Source: an uncultured virus (IMG/VR IMGVR_UViG_3300002122_000002)
Taxonomy: Duplodnaviria; Heunggongvirae; Uroviricota; Caudoviricetes
Virus record (IMG/VR): IMGVR_UViG_3300002122_000002
Direction: 5' to 3' (one strand)
DNA length: 64,000 bases
Each line of letters starts with the position of its first letter. Position 1 is the stretch's first letter. The position numbers and the translations under genes were made by a program. The notes beneath the pieces are model-generated. The model had not been told where the DNA came from. It searched no databases and saw nothing but the letters and a program-made list of their open reading frames with translations. Shown piece by piece: positions 55,227-64,000 of this stretch.

Positions 55227-56151
55227 TGCTGCGGCTTCTGGTGGCCACGATGTTGGATTAACTTGGTCTCATACGGTAGCCGTTCAGAATAACCGTATTC
55301 TTCTTGTATATCTTATTGACAATGATGGCTCGGGCGCGGCAACTAGTGTTGATTATAATGGCGACGCGATGACTCGTATACTCACGGCTGATTTTAGCTT
55401 TGAGAGTATTGATGTTTGGTATTTACTTGCCCCGGATACTGGAACAAATACGGTAACAGTTGTTGCAGGTAACTGGAATGGGAGCGCGCGAGGTTTTGTT
55501 TCCTTAAGCTATTATGGGGTAAACCAAACTACTCCATATTCAGATAGTGATAGTACAAATGGTCCTACTTCTCTGACCACTACCTTAACTACCAATTCAA
55601 CGGATATGTGTGTAAAAGTATATGGTCAAAGTGATAACGTTAATCAGTGGAATGAAGCTGCTCATGGTNCGGGCGAAACNGCTCGCGTGCACACNCACAC
55701 TGACCCAGGAAACCCTACAGGCNCCGCTTCTCTAGAAATAGTAGCATCAGAAAAGGCATCAACCACAACATCTACAGCTATGACTACGACTGTTGGACAA
55801 GATAGTGCCAACCAAGTAGTTATATCATTAGTGAAAGATATAATAGCCCAGGCTGCAGCAGGTGCTATCTCGTTTACTGGTACAGTTGTAAAGTCAACCA
55901 GCAAGGTAGTAGCCGGTGCACAAACTTTCACGGGAGTAATCACTAAAGCTATTACTCGAAGCTTTACTGGTGCTATCACATTTACAGGTGCTCTGGTACG
56001 CCAAGCTAATAAAGTAATAGCGGGAGCCATCAGTTTTATAGGTGCTCTTGTTCGACTAAGAAATACGGAAGATATCCCTAGCGTCTATCTGGATGTTAGC
56101 ATAAGCGCCGACGCGGTGGCTAGGGTCCAGCCCATCAATGAGGATGATTAA
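55213..56151 (+). CDS. Tail fibre/adhesin-like protein
   Basis: Shared beta domain plus C-terminal (GAI.FTG) repeats. Confidence 0.6.
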   Translation: MPTFDAAASGGHDVGLTWSHTVAVQNNRILLVYLIDNDGSGAATSVDYNGDAMTRILTADFSFESIDVWYLLAPDTGTNTVTVVAGNWNGSARGFVSLSYYGVNQTTPYSDSDSTNGPTSLTTTLTTNSTDMCVKVYGQSDNVNQWNEAAHGXGEXARVHXHTDPGNPTGXASLEIVASEKASTTTSTAMTTTVGQDSANQVVISLVKDIIAQAAAGAISFTGTVVKSTSKVVAGAQTFTGVITKAITRSFTGAITFTGALVRQANKVIAGAISFIGALVRLRNTEDIPSVYLDVSISADAVARVQPINEDD

Positions 56152-56855
56152 TGGACATACAAATTCTTGATGCAAGATATTGGAACGGAGCGATCCCGCC
56201 GGGCTATGAATACATCAAGGGGTACATCGCTAAGGTATCCGATGGGGATTACTTTACCAGTCCAAATTTTGCCAACCAATACCGCGCCGCCGAAGAGTTG
56301 TTTGGAATGGCCCGTAGCGCGTGGTCCTTCTTTAAAGGGGTCAGTGACCCAGTTAAGGCAGCAAAACGCTACCACGACGCAATGGTGGCCTCTGGGGGCT
56401 ATGGTGGCATACCTCCGATACTGGATATAGAAGATCGGTTTGCGGTTAAAGGCAAAGTAACAGTAGATAAGGCTTGGGTGCAGCTTCAGGAAATGGAGCA
56501 GCTTTCAGGCAGAGAAGTTATGGTATATAGCGCCGGGTGGTACTGGGACAGTTGGTGTTCTCCGTTCGTACCTCTATCACACTCTATCTATACTCGGGAC
56601 TTGTGGGAATCGGACCCCGCGCCGGATACTCCGATCAGGGGATGGCCCAATGGTGGGATTATGGTTCAGACAATTCTGGACTGGCGCGCGCCGGGATTCA
56701 TTGACACTGCCGGAAATCCTGGACTCATAGACATCAGTGATGTATCCGAAGAGGTGTTTAATACGTGGGTGGGGCCGGTGGCTCCTCCCGTACAAACTAA
56801 AACTATTACGTTATCTTTGTCCGCTTACGAGGAACTTAAAAGGGCGCTACAATGA
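56151..56855 (+). CDS. Endolysin, GH25 muramidase-like
   Basis: ILD...W, IAKVSDG, LDIE catalytic motif, MVYS. Confidence 0.8.
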   Translation: MDIQILDARYWNGAIPPGYEYIKGYIAKVSDGDYFTSPNFANQYRAAEELFGMARSAWSFFKGVSDPVKAAKRYHDAMVASGGYGGIPPILDIEDRFAVKGKVTVDKAWVQLQEMEQLSGREVMVYSAGWYWDSWCSPFVPLSHSIYTRDLWESDPAPDTPIRGWPNGGIMVQTILDWRAPGFIDTAGNPGLIDISDVSEEVFNTWVGPVAPPVQTKTITLSLSAYEELKRALQ

Positions 56856-56965
56856 ACAAGTCATCAGAACCAAAACTAACGAACGCGCAAGTCCTAGTAC
56901 AACTATGGGCTGGCATTTTTATTGCCTATGTCGCGTGGCGAATCATAGAGGTTATTTTGAAATGA
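56852..56965 (+). CDS. Small TM peptide (lysis accessory?)
   Basis: MNKSSEPKLTNAQVLVQLWAGIFIAYVAWRIIEVILK with ATGA overlaps at both ends. Confidence 0.5.
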   Translation: MNKSSEPKLTNAQVLVQLWAGIFIAYVAWRIIEVILK

Positions 56966-57111
56966 GCGCAAAATATTGGATAGCACTGTTTGCAATTGCT
57001 GTGATCGGTGGACTTGAGGCTTATGCTTTGTCTCAAGGGATTGATGGTACCTTGTTTAGTACCGCCGCCGCGGGTATCGGCGGCATCGCGGGTTACGTTT
57101 TAAAGAAGTAA
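56962..57111 (+). CDS. Holin-like small 2-TM protein
   Basis: MSAKYWIALFAIAVIGGLEAYAL..GIDG..F......IGGIAGY. Confidence 0.55.
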   Translation: MSAKYWIALFAIAVIGGLEAYALSQGIDGTLFSTAAAGIGGIAGYVLKK

Positions 57112-57128
57112 TCCATACACATGAAATG

Positions 57129-57165
57129 AAAAGGCCCACTTCATTCAAGGTGGGCCTTTTGTTTT
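57129..57165. terminator. Bidirectional intrinsic terminator between convergent arms
   Basis: AAAAGGCCCAC...GTGGGCCTTTTGTTTT. Confidence 0.8.
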
Positions 57166-57182
57166 CCGGGGAGGCCAGTTAC

Positions 57183-58040
57183 CTACAATGAGTTGCGCTT
57201 GGCACTAAAGTAAGGTAACAAAATCTTGTAGATTCCTTCTAGGTCCATTACATCTCGATCATTATGGTCGAGAACATAACCGAGCGCCGCCGGTTCGCCT
57301 AGACGTGCGCGATTCCATATCTCCATATTCACATGGTTCTTATAGGTATTTTCCTTCAGCAAGAATGCCCCTACTGCGGCCTGACTCTTGCGGTGAGTCT
57401 TCAATAACTTGCGGGCCTTGTAGAACATATCGACATGGTGCTTCTGCCCAAAAGTTGGGAAGGGTAGCCCCCACCATAAACATCTGGATAACATATATGG
57501 AACGTCTGTCTTGGTTGAATAATATCCAACCAGAGTATCTATGTCTTCGATTTCTTCTAGAAACTCTTCACAAAGACGACGATCCAGTTTGTCGTAGTTA
57601 ATTGCTTCGTCTCGGGTGATTACGCTGTGCACGATTGCTCCATCTAGATACTTGATACTCCAGCTAAGAAGAAAACCGAAGTCAGCGTCAAAGTTATAGA
57701 ACTCCAAATCGAAGAACGCTACGCGCTCATCCCGAAGCCATGCATTGTTACCAGCACCGGCCAACACTTCCGCGCGAGCTTTTAGGGCATCGATGGTGTA
57801 GCCCGGGAAAGCGGGTAGCATTTGTATATAAGTGTTACCGGCAATCCTCGCTCGAAGGATTCGAATGTCATCGCCCAATTGTCCATTCTCATCCTGCTCT
57901 GCCCGCCAAAATGCGCTCTCGCAACTCTTAGCGGTTTCTCCTAGCTCTTCTCCTACAGCAACCCAATTGATTCCTAGTGATCCAACGTTACGGGCCGCGG
58001 CGGTTACTAAGAGTGTCCGCTTTTCTTTCCATTTATTCAT
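57183..58040 (-). CDS. RNase H-like (YprB/DnaQ-type) exonuclease
   Basis: FFDLE, GYY...DVPY, HVDM, HN..DV motifs. Confidence 0.82.
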   Translation of the reverse strand: MNKWKEKRTLLVTAAARNVGSLGINWVAVGEELGETAKSCESAFWRAEQDENGQLGDDIRILRARIAGNTYIQMLPAFPGYTIDALKARAEVLAGAGNNAWLRDERVAFFDLEFYNFDADFGFLLSWSIKYLDGAIVHSVITRDEAINYDKLDRRLCEEFLEEIEDIDTLVGYYSTKTDVPYMLSRCLWWGLPFPTFGQKHHVDMFYKARKLLKTHRKSQAAVGAFLLKENTYKNHVNMEIWNRARLGEPAALGYVLDHNDRDVMDLEGIYKILLPYFSAKRNSL

Positions 58041-58100
58041 TAGTATCCTCGTATATCGGATAAGTTGGGGGCGAGGTTTTAGGCCCCGCCCCCTATTTCC

Positions 58101-58454
58101 TTACTCCGGGCTCAAGTCCTCTGATGAGAAACTTGCATCCGGGAACAGCCGGCTCAGGATCGGCTTAGCAAGATACTGATAACCATTAGCCGCGGCTGAG
58201 ACCGCTAACACTGTGGCGTATACGATCATACCCACTGGAATGAAGACCGGGAAGAAATACGCGGCCACCACCAGTGCGCCCTCAACGCCAGCAATTGCTA
58301 GGGCGATTCGGCCTGTAACCACCGGGTCATTCGCTACCCCCAAGACCTTTAGGGCCTGTGTGAGTGCGAAGATTCCCAGCGCCATAGCTCCGGCCAGGGC
58401 TACTACTGCATCGCCATCTACTTGTAGCGATGCCACCAACTCTGCTAGACTCAT
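58101..58454 (-). CDS. Multi-TM membrane protein (holin-like)
   Basis: Three hydrophobic helices, LTQALK, A.NG.Y; AGGAGG RBS. Confidence 0.6.
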   Translation of the reverse strand: MSLAELVASLQVDGDAVVALAGAMALGIFALTQALKVLGVANDPVVTGRIALAIAGVEGALVVAAYFFPVFIPVGMIVYATVLAVSAAANGYQYLAKPILSRLFPDASFSSEDLSPE

Positions 58455-58474
58455 AGTTTTACCTCCTATTTGTC

Positions 58475-58948
58475 TTAGCTACGGTCGTACCGATTCATAA
58501 GGACAGCCAGCACCCGAGCAGCATTCCACGCATCATCCTCGGCATGGTGCTGGCTTCCATAGAATCTTCCAGTTGTAATCTCTGCCGCCGCTTTAAGTCT
58601 AATGGGGCGGTCGAGACCATATAATGCGGCATACATTGGAGCGATGTCAATATGAAAGTAGCCGACGGGCATCGCTAACATCGCGTCTTCTGTCTGCCGC
58701 TTTAGCTCGTGGCGGTCGTTGGTTCCCCAACTCGCCCACATACGCTTCTCTGCACCCATGTTCTTTATCATTTCACATGCCTCGAACAGGGAGTGCTTTG
58801 GTGATTCCCCAAGTCGAATAAGATGGTTCGACTCAGGCTTTGCTGCTAGATACTTACCTTCTTCTGTTTCGATTACTAGGGCTACTCCAATTTCCTTGAT
58901 GTCGCCACTTTGACGATACTCTAGATCAAGGACGTAAATCGGCTGCAA
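58475..58948 (-). CDS. DEDDh 3'-5' exonuclease
   Basis: VLDLE, EIG, SWG..D, HID, HHAEDDA.N. Confidence 0.85.
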   Translation of the reverse strand: MQPIYVLDLEYRQSGDIKEIGVALVIETEEGKYLAAKPESNHLIRLGESPKHSLFEACEMIKNMGAEKRMWASWGTNDRHELKRQTEDAMLAMPVGYFHIDIAPMYAALYGLDRPIRLKAAAEITTGRFYGSQHHAEDDAWNAARVLAVLMNRYDRS

Positions 58949-59507
58949 GTGTCTGATCTCCTTTGGTTAATCCAGCCGCATAGAGCGCAATCGCGAGCGC
59001 ATCCGCAGCATTGTGGTTAATTTCCGGCCAGACTTCAAGCCCGCCCAGCTTCCCACTTCCAAGCGCCGCAGCGCGTATCGTAGCAGGGGGCGCAATAGCA
59101 ACAGAAACCCCAGTGTAGTGTAAGCCAAGAACAAAGCCCATACGTATGTGAGCCAAATCCGGTTGTCCATACGGTTCATTAAACGCTGCTCCTTCAACTA
59201 CCGCGGGTCCTTTCCCATGAAAGCGAGTGGGGTTGCTCATTAGTTCATACGCCGCAATCCCATATCGCCATTTCTCGTTTGGTTCTTCTTTGGGTAAGGC
59301 GCCCTGGAATATCCAGACCTCTCTCCCGTCTAGTGTAGCTATTCCGAAGTTCCTGCCCGGGTCTACCCCAACTCCTATCCACTTGCGCATTCCAGGAATC
59401 TTGGAGTAGGAAACCGTGACCTTAACTTCCCCCGAGGGGATTTGCCATACCTTCTCGCTAACGGTCTCAAACTTGAATTCGTCCAAGGCCAATGGTTTAG
59501 CTGTCAT
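58926..59507 (-). CDS. RuvC-like Holliday junction resolvase
   Basis: GVDPG, VVEG, P..IR...G.GK, ADALAIA. Confidence 0.8.
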   Translation of the reverse strand: MTAKPLALDEFKFETVSEKVWQIPSGEVKVTVSYSKIPGMRKWIGVGVDPGRNFGIATLDGREVWIFQGALPKEEPNEKWRYGIAAYELMSNPTRFHGKGPAVVEGAAFNEPYGQPDLAHIRMGFVLGLHYTGVSVAIAPPATIRAAALGSGKLGGLEVWPEINHNAADALAIALYAAGLTKGDQTLAADLRP

Positions 59508-59946
59508 CCGCCAATCTTAGGAGTGCGGCAACCAACGCCATTTCTGCCTTAGAGACTCCAAGCTCTTCCATGATCGACACTACGTTCTTGTCAGCTTCGT
59601 AGTACGCTTCCTTGGTTGTGTTACGTTCCTTCATAAGTTCTTGAAAGGCTGTATTCTCCTGAATCAAGAAGTTAGCAAGCATAGTACGATACTGTGCTTC
59701 ATACTCCGGCATTGGGGTAGTGCCGTCAGCCAGCAATACCGGGTTTGGGTTCTGCCATTTGATCTCAGGATTCTGCTGTAGGTTGGTGTAGATAAACGCC
59801 TGTAGGTCTTGGAGCCGCTGCTCGGCATCCTCGTAGGCATACTTAGCCTCAGCTTGTTTTGTGCGCGCGATCTTGACATCCACAAGCAGGGTCTCGACGC
59901 GCTTCATCAGTTCCCCTGCACGATTCTGCAATCCAGCTACATTCAT
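59497..59946 (-). CDS. Coiled-coil hypothetical protein
   Basis: Helical, coupled ORF. Confidence 0.6.
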   Translation of the reverse strand: MNVAGLQNRAGELMKRVETLLVDVKIARTKQAEAKYAYEDAEQRLQDLQAFIYTNLQQNPEIKWQNPNPVLLADGTTPMPEYEAQYRTMLANFLIQENTAFQELMKERNTTKEAYYEADKNVVSIMEELGVSKAEMALVAALLRLADDS

Positions 59947-60752
59947 TCTTCGTCTCCTCTTCTACGTTCGGTATAGTATTTTTCCCATCCGGGAATTTGC
60001 CAGCACACGTGTTTAAAATCACAACTGTTACAGGTATAGGTTCCGATATTTTTGGGGTAGTTACCTGTATCACGTGCATGCTTCATTAGCCCCGCCGCGG
60101 CTACCAAAGCTTGGTCGTCGTCGGCACTCTTGTAGTAGTCGTAAGCTTCGACAGTTTCGTACTCTGGAATGACCACATATTTCATCTTGTTTGGCCACTC
60201 TTTTAGTATATCACTCTTATAGGGTGGTGTCAAGTAAATAGGTCCCTGCCACCCTTTGGCCCCCACGTAAATGAGTTCCCCGCCGGGCAATTTGGTGGTA
60301 TTCCAGAGTTTACTACTCGTCTTCCAATCTATCAGGACACTCTCGCCTTCGGGAGTCTCGGCTATTACATCTATGATCCCAAAGAGTTGCATGTCTTCAG
60401 TCAGCGGCGCTATGTGCTTGACCTCAGTGGCGAGAATGCGATAGCCCTTTTTCTCTATCCAATTAAGTGCACGTTCAGCCCGCGTCATTACTTCCATCGA
60501 CGGTATAGATTCATAAGTTATGGCTACTGGAGGCTTGCCTTGCTCAAGACTTTTCTCGATAACCTCATGCACAGCTATGCCAAACTTCATGGGCGCGGGC
60601 ATGAACTCAGGCTTCAAACTCCAATGCCGATAGAGATATGCGCGGTATGCACATCCGCTGAAGAACTTCTCTAATGAAGACTTACTTACTGTGAACATCT
60701 GTTGAGACAACTCCTCTTCCAATTGTTGCTCCCAAAGCTTATGGAAAGGCAT
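59943..60752 (-). CDS. PD-(D/E)XK Cas4/RecB-like exonuclease
   Basis: S.S...C, G.AVH, E, GIID, IDWKT, Q..Y, C..C.FK..C. Confidence 0.88.
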   Translation of the reverse strand: MPFHKLWEQQLEEELSQQMFTVSKSSLEKFFSGCAYRAYLYRHWSLKPEFMPAPMKFGIAVHEVIEKSLEQGKPPVAITYESIPSMEVMTRAERALNWIEKKGYRILATEVKHIAPLTEDMQLFGIIDVIAETPEGESVLIDWKTSSKLWNTTKLPGGELIYVGAKGWQGPIYLTPPYKSDILKEWPNKMKYVVIPEYETVEAYDYYKSADDDQALVAAAGLMKHARDTGNYPKNIGTYTCNSCDFKHVCWQIPGWEKYYTERRRGDEE

Positions 60753-60753
60753 G

Positions 60754-61788
60754 TCACACTGGGTTCTCCTTATTGTATCGAGCCAACGCTTCATAGAAGG
60801 GCTCAAAGGTCTTCTGATGCTTCTCTGGTTCTAGTGCCTGCTCCGCCAGCGTACCAATCCTACCCTGTGACATCCATTTCCACTCTTTGTCGTCGCCATC
60901 CATAACTTCAAGTTTGATTGTATTATCAGCCTTCGCCAGCCCCAGCTTGATACAATCAGTTACGGCAGTCATTTCCCGACTAATCCCAAAGCCCGGGATA
61001 AAATATACCCAGCCCTTGCGGCCCTTGGCCCCATACTTTAACTTTTGTATGGCAACCTCGGCCACAAAGTTTCCGGTATCCTTTGGCCAGTCGCTCTCTA
61101 TGCGTCGAATCCACGCCCGCACAATAGCTAGGTACTTGGTCTTTCTGCCGCCGGGCGTAGAGAACCCCTGTCCACCGATATTGGGGCTGGTATGGTTGAT
61201 TACGAAGTACCACTTCGGGTCCTCGTTCAAGCGCAGCCACGTGTTAACTCGCTTGGCTACATCGTTTAGGGTCTTGGCTTCCTGTCCCATGGTACGTTCT
61301 CCAATTGGCTTGGCCCGAGCTACTTCGCTTGCAAATGCACCATAGGAGTCTACAATAGCTCCAGATACCTCGTCGTCCAGCAGATAGTCCACCGTTTCCT
61401 GTACCATCTTTTCATGGGGGCGGGGTACTTCCTGCTTCTTCTCAGTCTCCGTATAGTCCACCAAGAAAATCTCGCCGGTATGTCCAGCATTGTGGGTTAC
61501 GGCCTCAACATATTCTTTATTTATGGATGCTTCTAAGTCACAAACTACTATTCGTTTGTTCCCCGCACGACGTCCCACAAGATAGTAAGCAAGAGTGCTT
61601 TTTCCTGTGTGCTCATCCCCGTAGAGTTCAATAATTCCTCTAGACGGTGTTCCCAATTCGCCGCGGAATCCAACGGCCCGATCGAAGGACCAGAGACCGG
61701 ACGCAGTGCGTTCGACTGGCCGGAAATTCCCAATGACTCTTTCCGCGCGTCTTCGTATTTCTTCCATTCCTCGTATTTCATCGTTCAT
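60754..61788 (-). CDS. RecA/UvsX-like recombinase
   Basis: ELYGDEHTGKST, DLEAS, IVDS, INH, TPGG. Confidence 0.9.
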   Translation of the reverse strand: MNDEIRGMEEIRRRAERVIGNFRPVERTASGLWSFDRAVGFRGELGTPSRGIIELYGDEHTGKSTLAYYLVGRRAGNKRIVVCDLEASINKEYVEAVTHNAGHTGEIFLVDYTETEKKQEVPRPHEKMVQETVDYLLDDEVSGAIVDSYGAFASEVARAKPIGERTMGQEAKTLNDVAKRVNTWLRLNEDPKWYFVINHTSPNIGGQGFSTPGGRKTKYLAIVRAWIRRIESDWPKDTGNFVAEVAIQKLKYGAKGRKGWVYFIPGFGISREMTAVTDCIKLGLAKADNTIKLEVMDGDDKEWKWMSQGRIGTLAEQALEPEKHQKTFEPFYEALARYNKENPV

Positions 61789-62132
61789 TCCTCCACGCTC
61801 CGCCCAAGGGCTAGTTCAAGCAACATCGCCTGAACGTTGAATAGGATGGCACATAGTAGTGCCACAAGTTCCTTCGTGTTCTCTGGATCAGCCCGCCACG
61901 TGAACCACAAGTCCCAAGCATGTCGAACTAAACTCTTTATAAGTTGTCGGCGGGGCATCCCCTTCTGCCAATTGTCTGCGGTTCTTAGGGTTCCATCGGC
62001 CTGCAACCTATGCTTGTGCATGTATTCTGCGAATACCCGCATTGCTATTGGAGAAATAAATCCTTCCCAATCTAGCTTATTTTCATCGGTGTCGCGGGTG
62101 GCCCCGCTTACGAATGTTCTAATTTCTCCCAT
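61785..62132 (-). CDS. dATP/dGTP diphosphohydrolase-like (DUF5664-type) protein
   Basis: F.SGATRD, NWQKGMP, SL.RH, L.A..FN. Confidence 0.75.
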   Translation of the reverse strand: MGEIRTFVSGATRDTDENKLDWEGFISPIAMRVFAEYMHKHRLQADGTLRTADNWQKGMPRRQLIKSLVRHAWDLWFTWRADPENTKELVALLCAILFNVQAMLLELALGRSVEE

Positions 62133-62655
62133 CGTTAATAGCTCCTAACAGTTGATATAGGTCAGACCAGCTATTACCCCGCTTGTCCTGATTCCATGGC
62201 CATGCAAGATAGTGTACATCACAATCTTTAGATAAGGCAAAGTCAATGGTTATAGGTGAATCATCAATAACCAAACAACCTCGTTCAACAAATTCTTTCT
62301 TATTATGTCCAGTATATACCATCGAGTAGGGCTTTAGTTCATTTATTTCTAGCCACTTGGACAATAGGTGGGCGGTATTTTCCGCTCTATGTGAGGCTAC
62401 GCAAATTTCATACTCTTTTTGATTTAGGACATTGAACAGTTCTGTGGCACCTGAAAATGCTGGATAGTTTATTTGTGTCATATGAACTATATCAACTGCG
62501 GCATAGAACTGCTCCTTTGTCATATACTCAAGGAACCAGTTCCAGTTTGACATATCTGTGCCTATTGTTTCTGGGTACAACTTTTGTAGTAACTCAGTTA
62601 GTGGATAGTACAGATTCCAGAGAATTCCATCTACGTCTACTATAGCTCGTTTCAT
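62119..62655 (-). CDS. HAD-family 5'(3')-deoxyribonucleotidase
   Basis: DVDGIL, IDDSP, PWN motifs. Confidence 0.82.
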   Translation of the reverse strand: MKRAIVDVDGILWNLYYPLTELLQKLYPETIGTDMSNWNWFLEYMTKEQFYAAVDIVHMTQINYPAFSGATELFNVLNQKEYEICVASHRAENTAHLLSKWLEINELKPYSMVYTGHNKKEFVERGCLVIDDSPITIDFALSKDCDVHYLAWPWNQDKRGNSWSDLYQLLGAINDGRN

Positions 62656-63293
62656 TGATCGTGTATCCCCGACGCTAGTGTAGTTGCTACTGCGGCGTCT
62701 ATATCTTCATCTCCCGTTTCCGGGACAAGGAATCCAAACTGTTTAATCTTTCCGCGCGGGCCACGCTTGCAATAAAGCGTACCTTCCGGCGTTCTCCATC
62801 TATGAAGACGAGTATTACCAGAAGTATGAGTATCCCGAACCCGATCCCGTATTTCCAACATCGCTTTAACATCTGGAGCCATTTCGAGATCATCCCAATC
62901 CTCCTCTTCAAAGTCGCCCTCACGCGCCGCGGCGATCAACTTGATAAGCCCCTCAATTGGCTTGCCAGCCAACCTAGGATGGTCTAGGACAACGTACTGA
63001 AAAGCGTTAGCATACTTCATGAACGTGTCTTTGGGCACACCCATTTCCCGTTCAACCGCATCCTCTACTCGATCTCCGCCGGTTTCAAACTTGGGCCAAG
63101 CCCGCTTAAGTTCATAGAAGAGTTTGGCTAACTTAACTCCTTTGATACGCCCCTCTCGTATGATATTGCGCCCAAACTCAAATGCTACTTCCGGTGTTCC
63201 CGAGAGCAGTGAGAGTTCTATTGCGCGATCTGTGGTCTCTACTAGTTCCTCCCACTCGTTATTTGAAAGGAACAACGCCGCGTCATTTGCCAT
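62652..63293 (-). CDS. Hypothetical protein
   Basis: 213-aa coupled ORF with GGAG RBS. Confidence 0.65.
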   Translation of the reverse strand: MANDAALFLSNNEWEELVETTDRAIELSLLSGTPEVAFEFGRNIIREGRIKGVKLAKLFYELKRAWPKFETGGDRVEDAVEREMGVPKDTFMKYANAFQYVVLDHPRLAGKPIEGLIKLIAAAREGDFEEEDWDDLEMAPDVKAMLEIRDRVRDTHTSGNTRLHRWRTPEGTLYCKRGPRGKIKQFGFLVPETGDEDIDAAVATTLASGIHDQ

Positions 63294-63798
63294 GTGTCAT
63301 TTCTCCAAATCGGGTTATGGCTAACCTAACCTCGCCCAGCATATCGAATCCTGTAGAGGCCTTGACCATTGCCATAGCTTGTACATTGGCGGGCAAGACT
63401 TCCCTTGGTATCGGCAATCCATTAAACTCTGCAGCAGAAATGTTCTCTCCTAACAAGACCTGTAACGGATCAGTGCCGGCGATCAGGGCAAACTCTACGC
63501 GTAGTAACTCATTCATAAAGGCCGTAGCGTGAAACCCTGGCTCACATTCCCCCTTCTTCTTCTTGCCGTGTAACCAGAGGTTTGTGAATCTAACCCGTGC
63601 CGGGTTGATGCTCGCCCGTTCAAGCTCTCCCGCTATGATGTTCCCCGCTCGCACTTTCTTGTCTCCGCCACAGAAGGGTGTACCCATTAGCACGTCGAAC
63701 CAGTCAGGATAATCCCCAACTACTAGAATGTTAGTATTGATCGGGCCACGGGAAGACAGTAGAAAGTCTCCACAGTGTGGACACTGTTCTTTAGGCAT
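63283..63798 (-). CDS. Uracil-DNA glycosylase family 4-like protein (divergent)
   Basis: C..C, GP....LVVGD.P...D...G.PF.G..AG..., V.FTN. Confidence 0.7.
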   Translation of the reverse strand: MPKEQCPHCGDFLLSSRGPINTNILVVGDYPDWFDVLMGTPFCGGDKKVRAGNIIAGELERASINPARVRFTNLWLHGKKKKGECEPGFHATAFMNELLRVEFALIAGTDPLQVLLGENISAAEFNGLPIPREVLPANVQAMAMVKASTGFDMLGEVRLAITRFGEMTHGK

Positions 63799-64000
63799 TA
63801 AGGTCTCTCCAATTCGGTCCCGTTTTGATTACTAGTTTCGTCGGGACATTTGGCATAAGCTTATGTCCTGCCTCTAACCACGCTTCCGTTACGATTTCCC
63901 TGTACTGTGGTATCAGGCCTTTTGGTACATCCAATACCATTTCATCGTGTACCATAATGTTTACCAGAAATTCTAGTCCTTTGGCCTTGCATAATTCCCG
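63791..64000 (-). CDS. polA: Family A DNA polymerase, C-terminal fragment (continues beyond window)
   Basis: Own translation ...NIMVHDEMVLDV...VP......GPNW: motif C VHDE. Confidence 0.85.
   Translation of the reverse strand, partial: RELCKAKGLEFLVNIMVHDEMVLDVPKGLIPQYREIVTEAWLEAGHKLMPNVPTKLVIKTGPNWRDLNA

Noticed and set aside
54992..55723. Clustered ambiguous bases in a tail-fibre-like gene suggesting a diversity-generating retroelement
   Set aside because: No reverse transcriptase or template repeat is in the window, and Ns also cluster at 18-22 kb, so low coverage or strain mixture is the simpler explanation
59943..60752. Cas4 as part of a CRISPR system
   Set aside because: No repeat-spacer array or other cas genes; standalone Cas4-like nucleases are normal in phage replication modules
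1..64000. Stop-codon reassignment
   Set aside because: Long ORFs are intact in the standard code, all three stop codons terminate genes, and no suppressor tRNA was found

Overview
This window is most of a tailed-phage genome with podovirus-like organisation (no tape-measure gene seen). The host may be Chloroflexota, which is a weak inference from Pro/Thr-rich secreted proteins and a sortase-domain protein. Layout: (1) 1-2.8 kb, a minus-strand array of 18 tRNA genes interleaved with structured non-tRNA elements (pseudoknots, tRNA-like RNAs) under sigma70-type promoters. (2) 2.8-19.7 kb, a minus-strand accessory arm. It contains a strongly AT-rich island (~6.1-14.7 kb) encoding an amidoligase, a phiEco32-type COOH-NH2 ligase, an ATP-grasp ligase and class I and II glutamine amidotransferases. 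A solitary tRNA-Ile(UAU) heads this island, and a sortase-domain protein and SSB lie further upstream. (3) A ~1 kb non-coding divergence region. (4) 20.7-27.1 kb, small plus-strand genes ending in a methyltransferase / Maf-like glycosyltransferase / NeuB cluster. (5) 27.2-57.1 kb, morphogenesis and lysis: TerL, portal, a 2692-aa LysM protein, scaffold, N4-gp56-type MCP, adaptor, tail proteins and a GH25 endolysin. (6) 57.2-64 kb, minus-strand replication/recombination genes: exonucleases, RuvC-like, Cas4-like, RecA-like, DUF5664, HAD nucleotidase, UDG-like and the PolA C-terminus. All calls come from motif recognition by eye; no searches were run.
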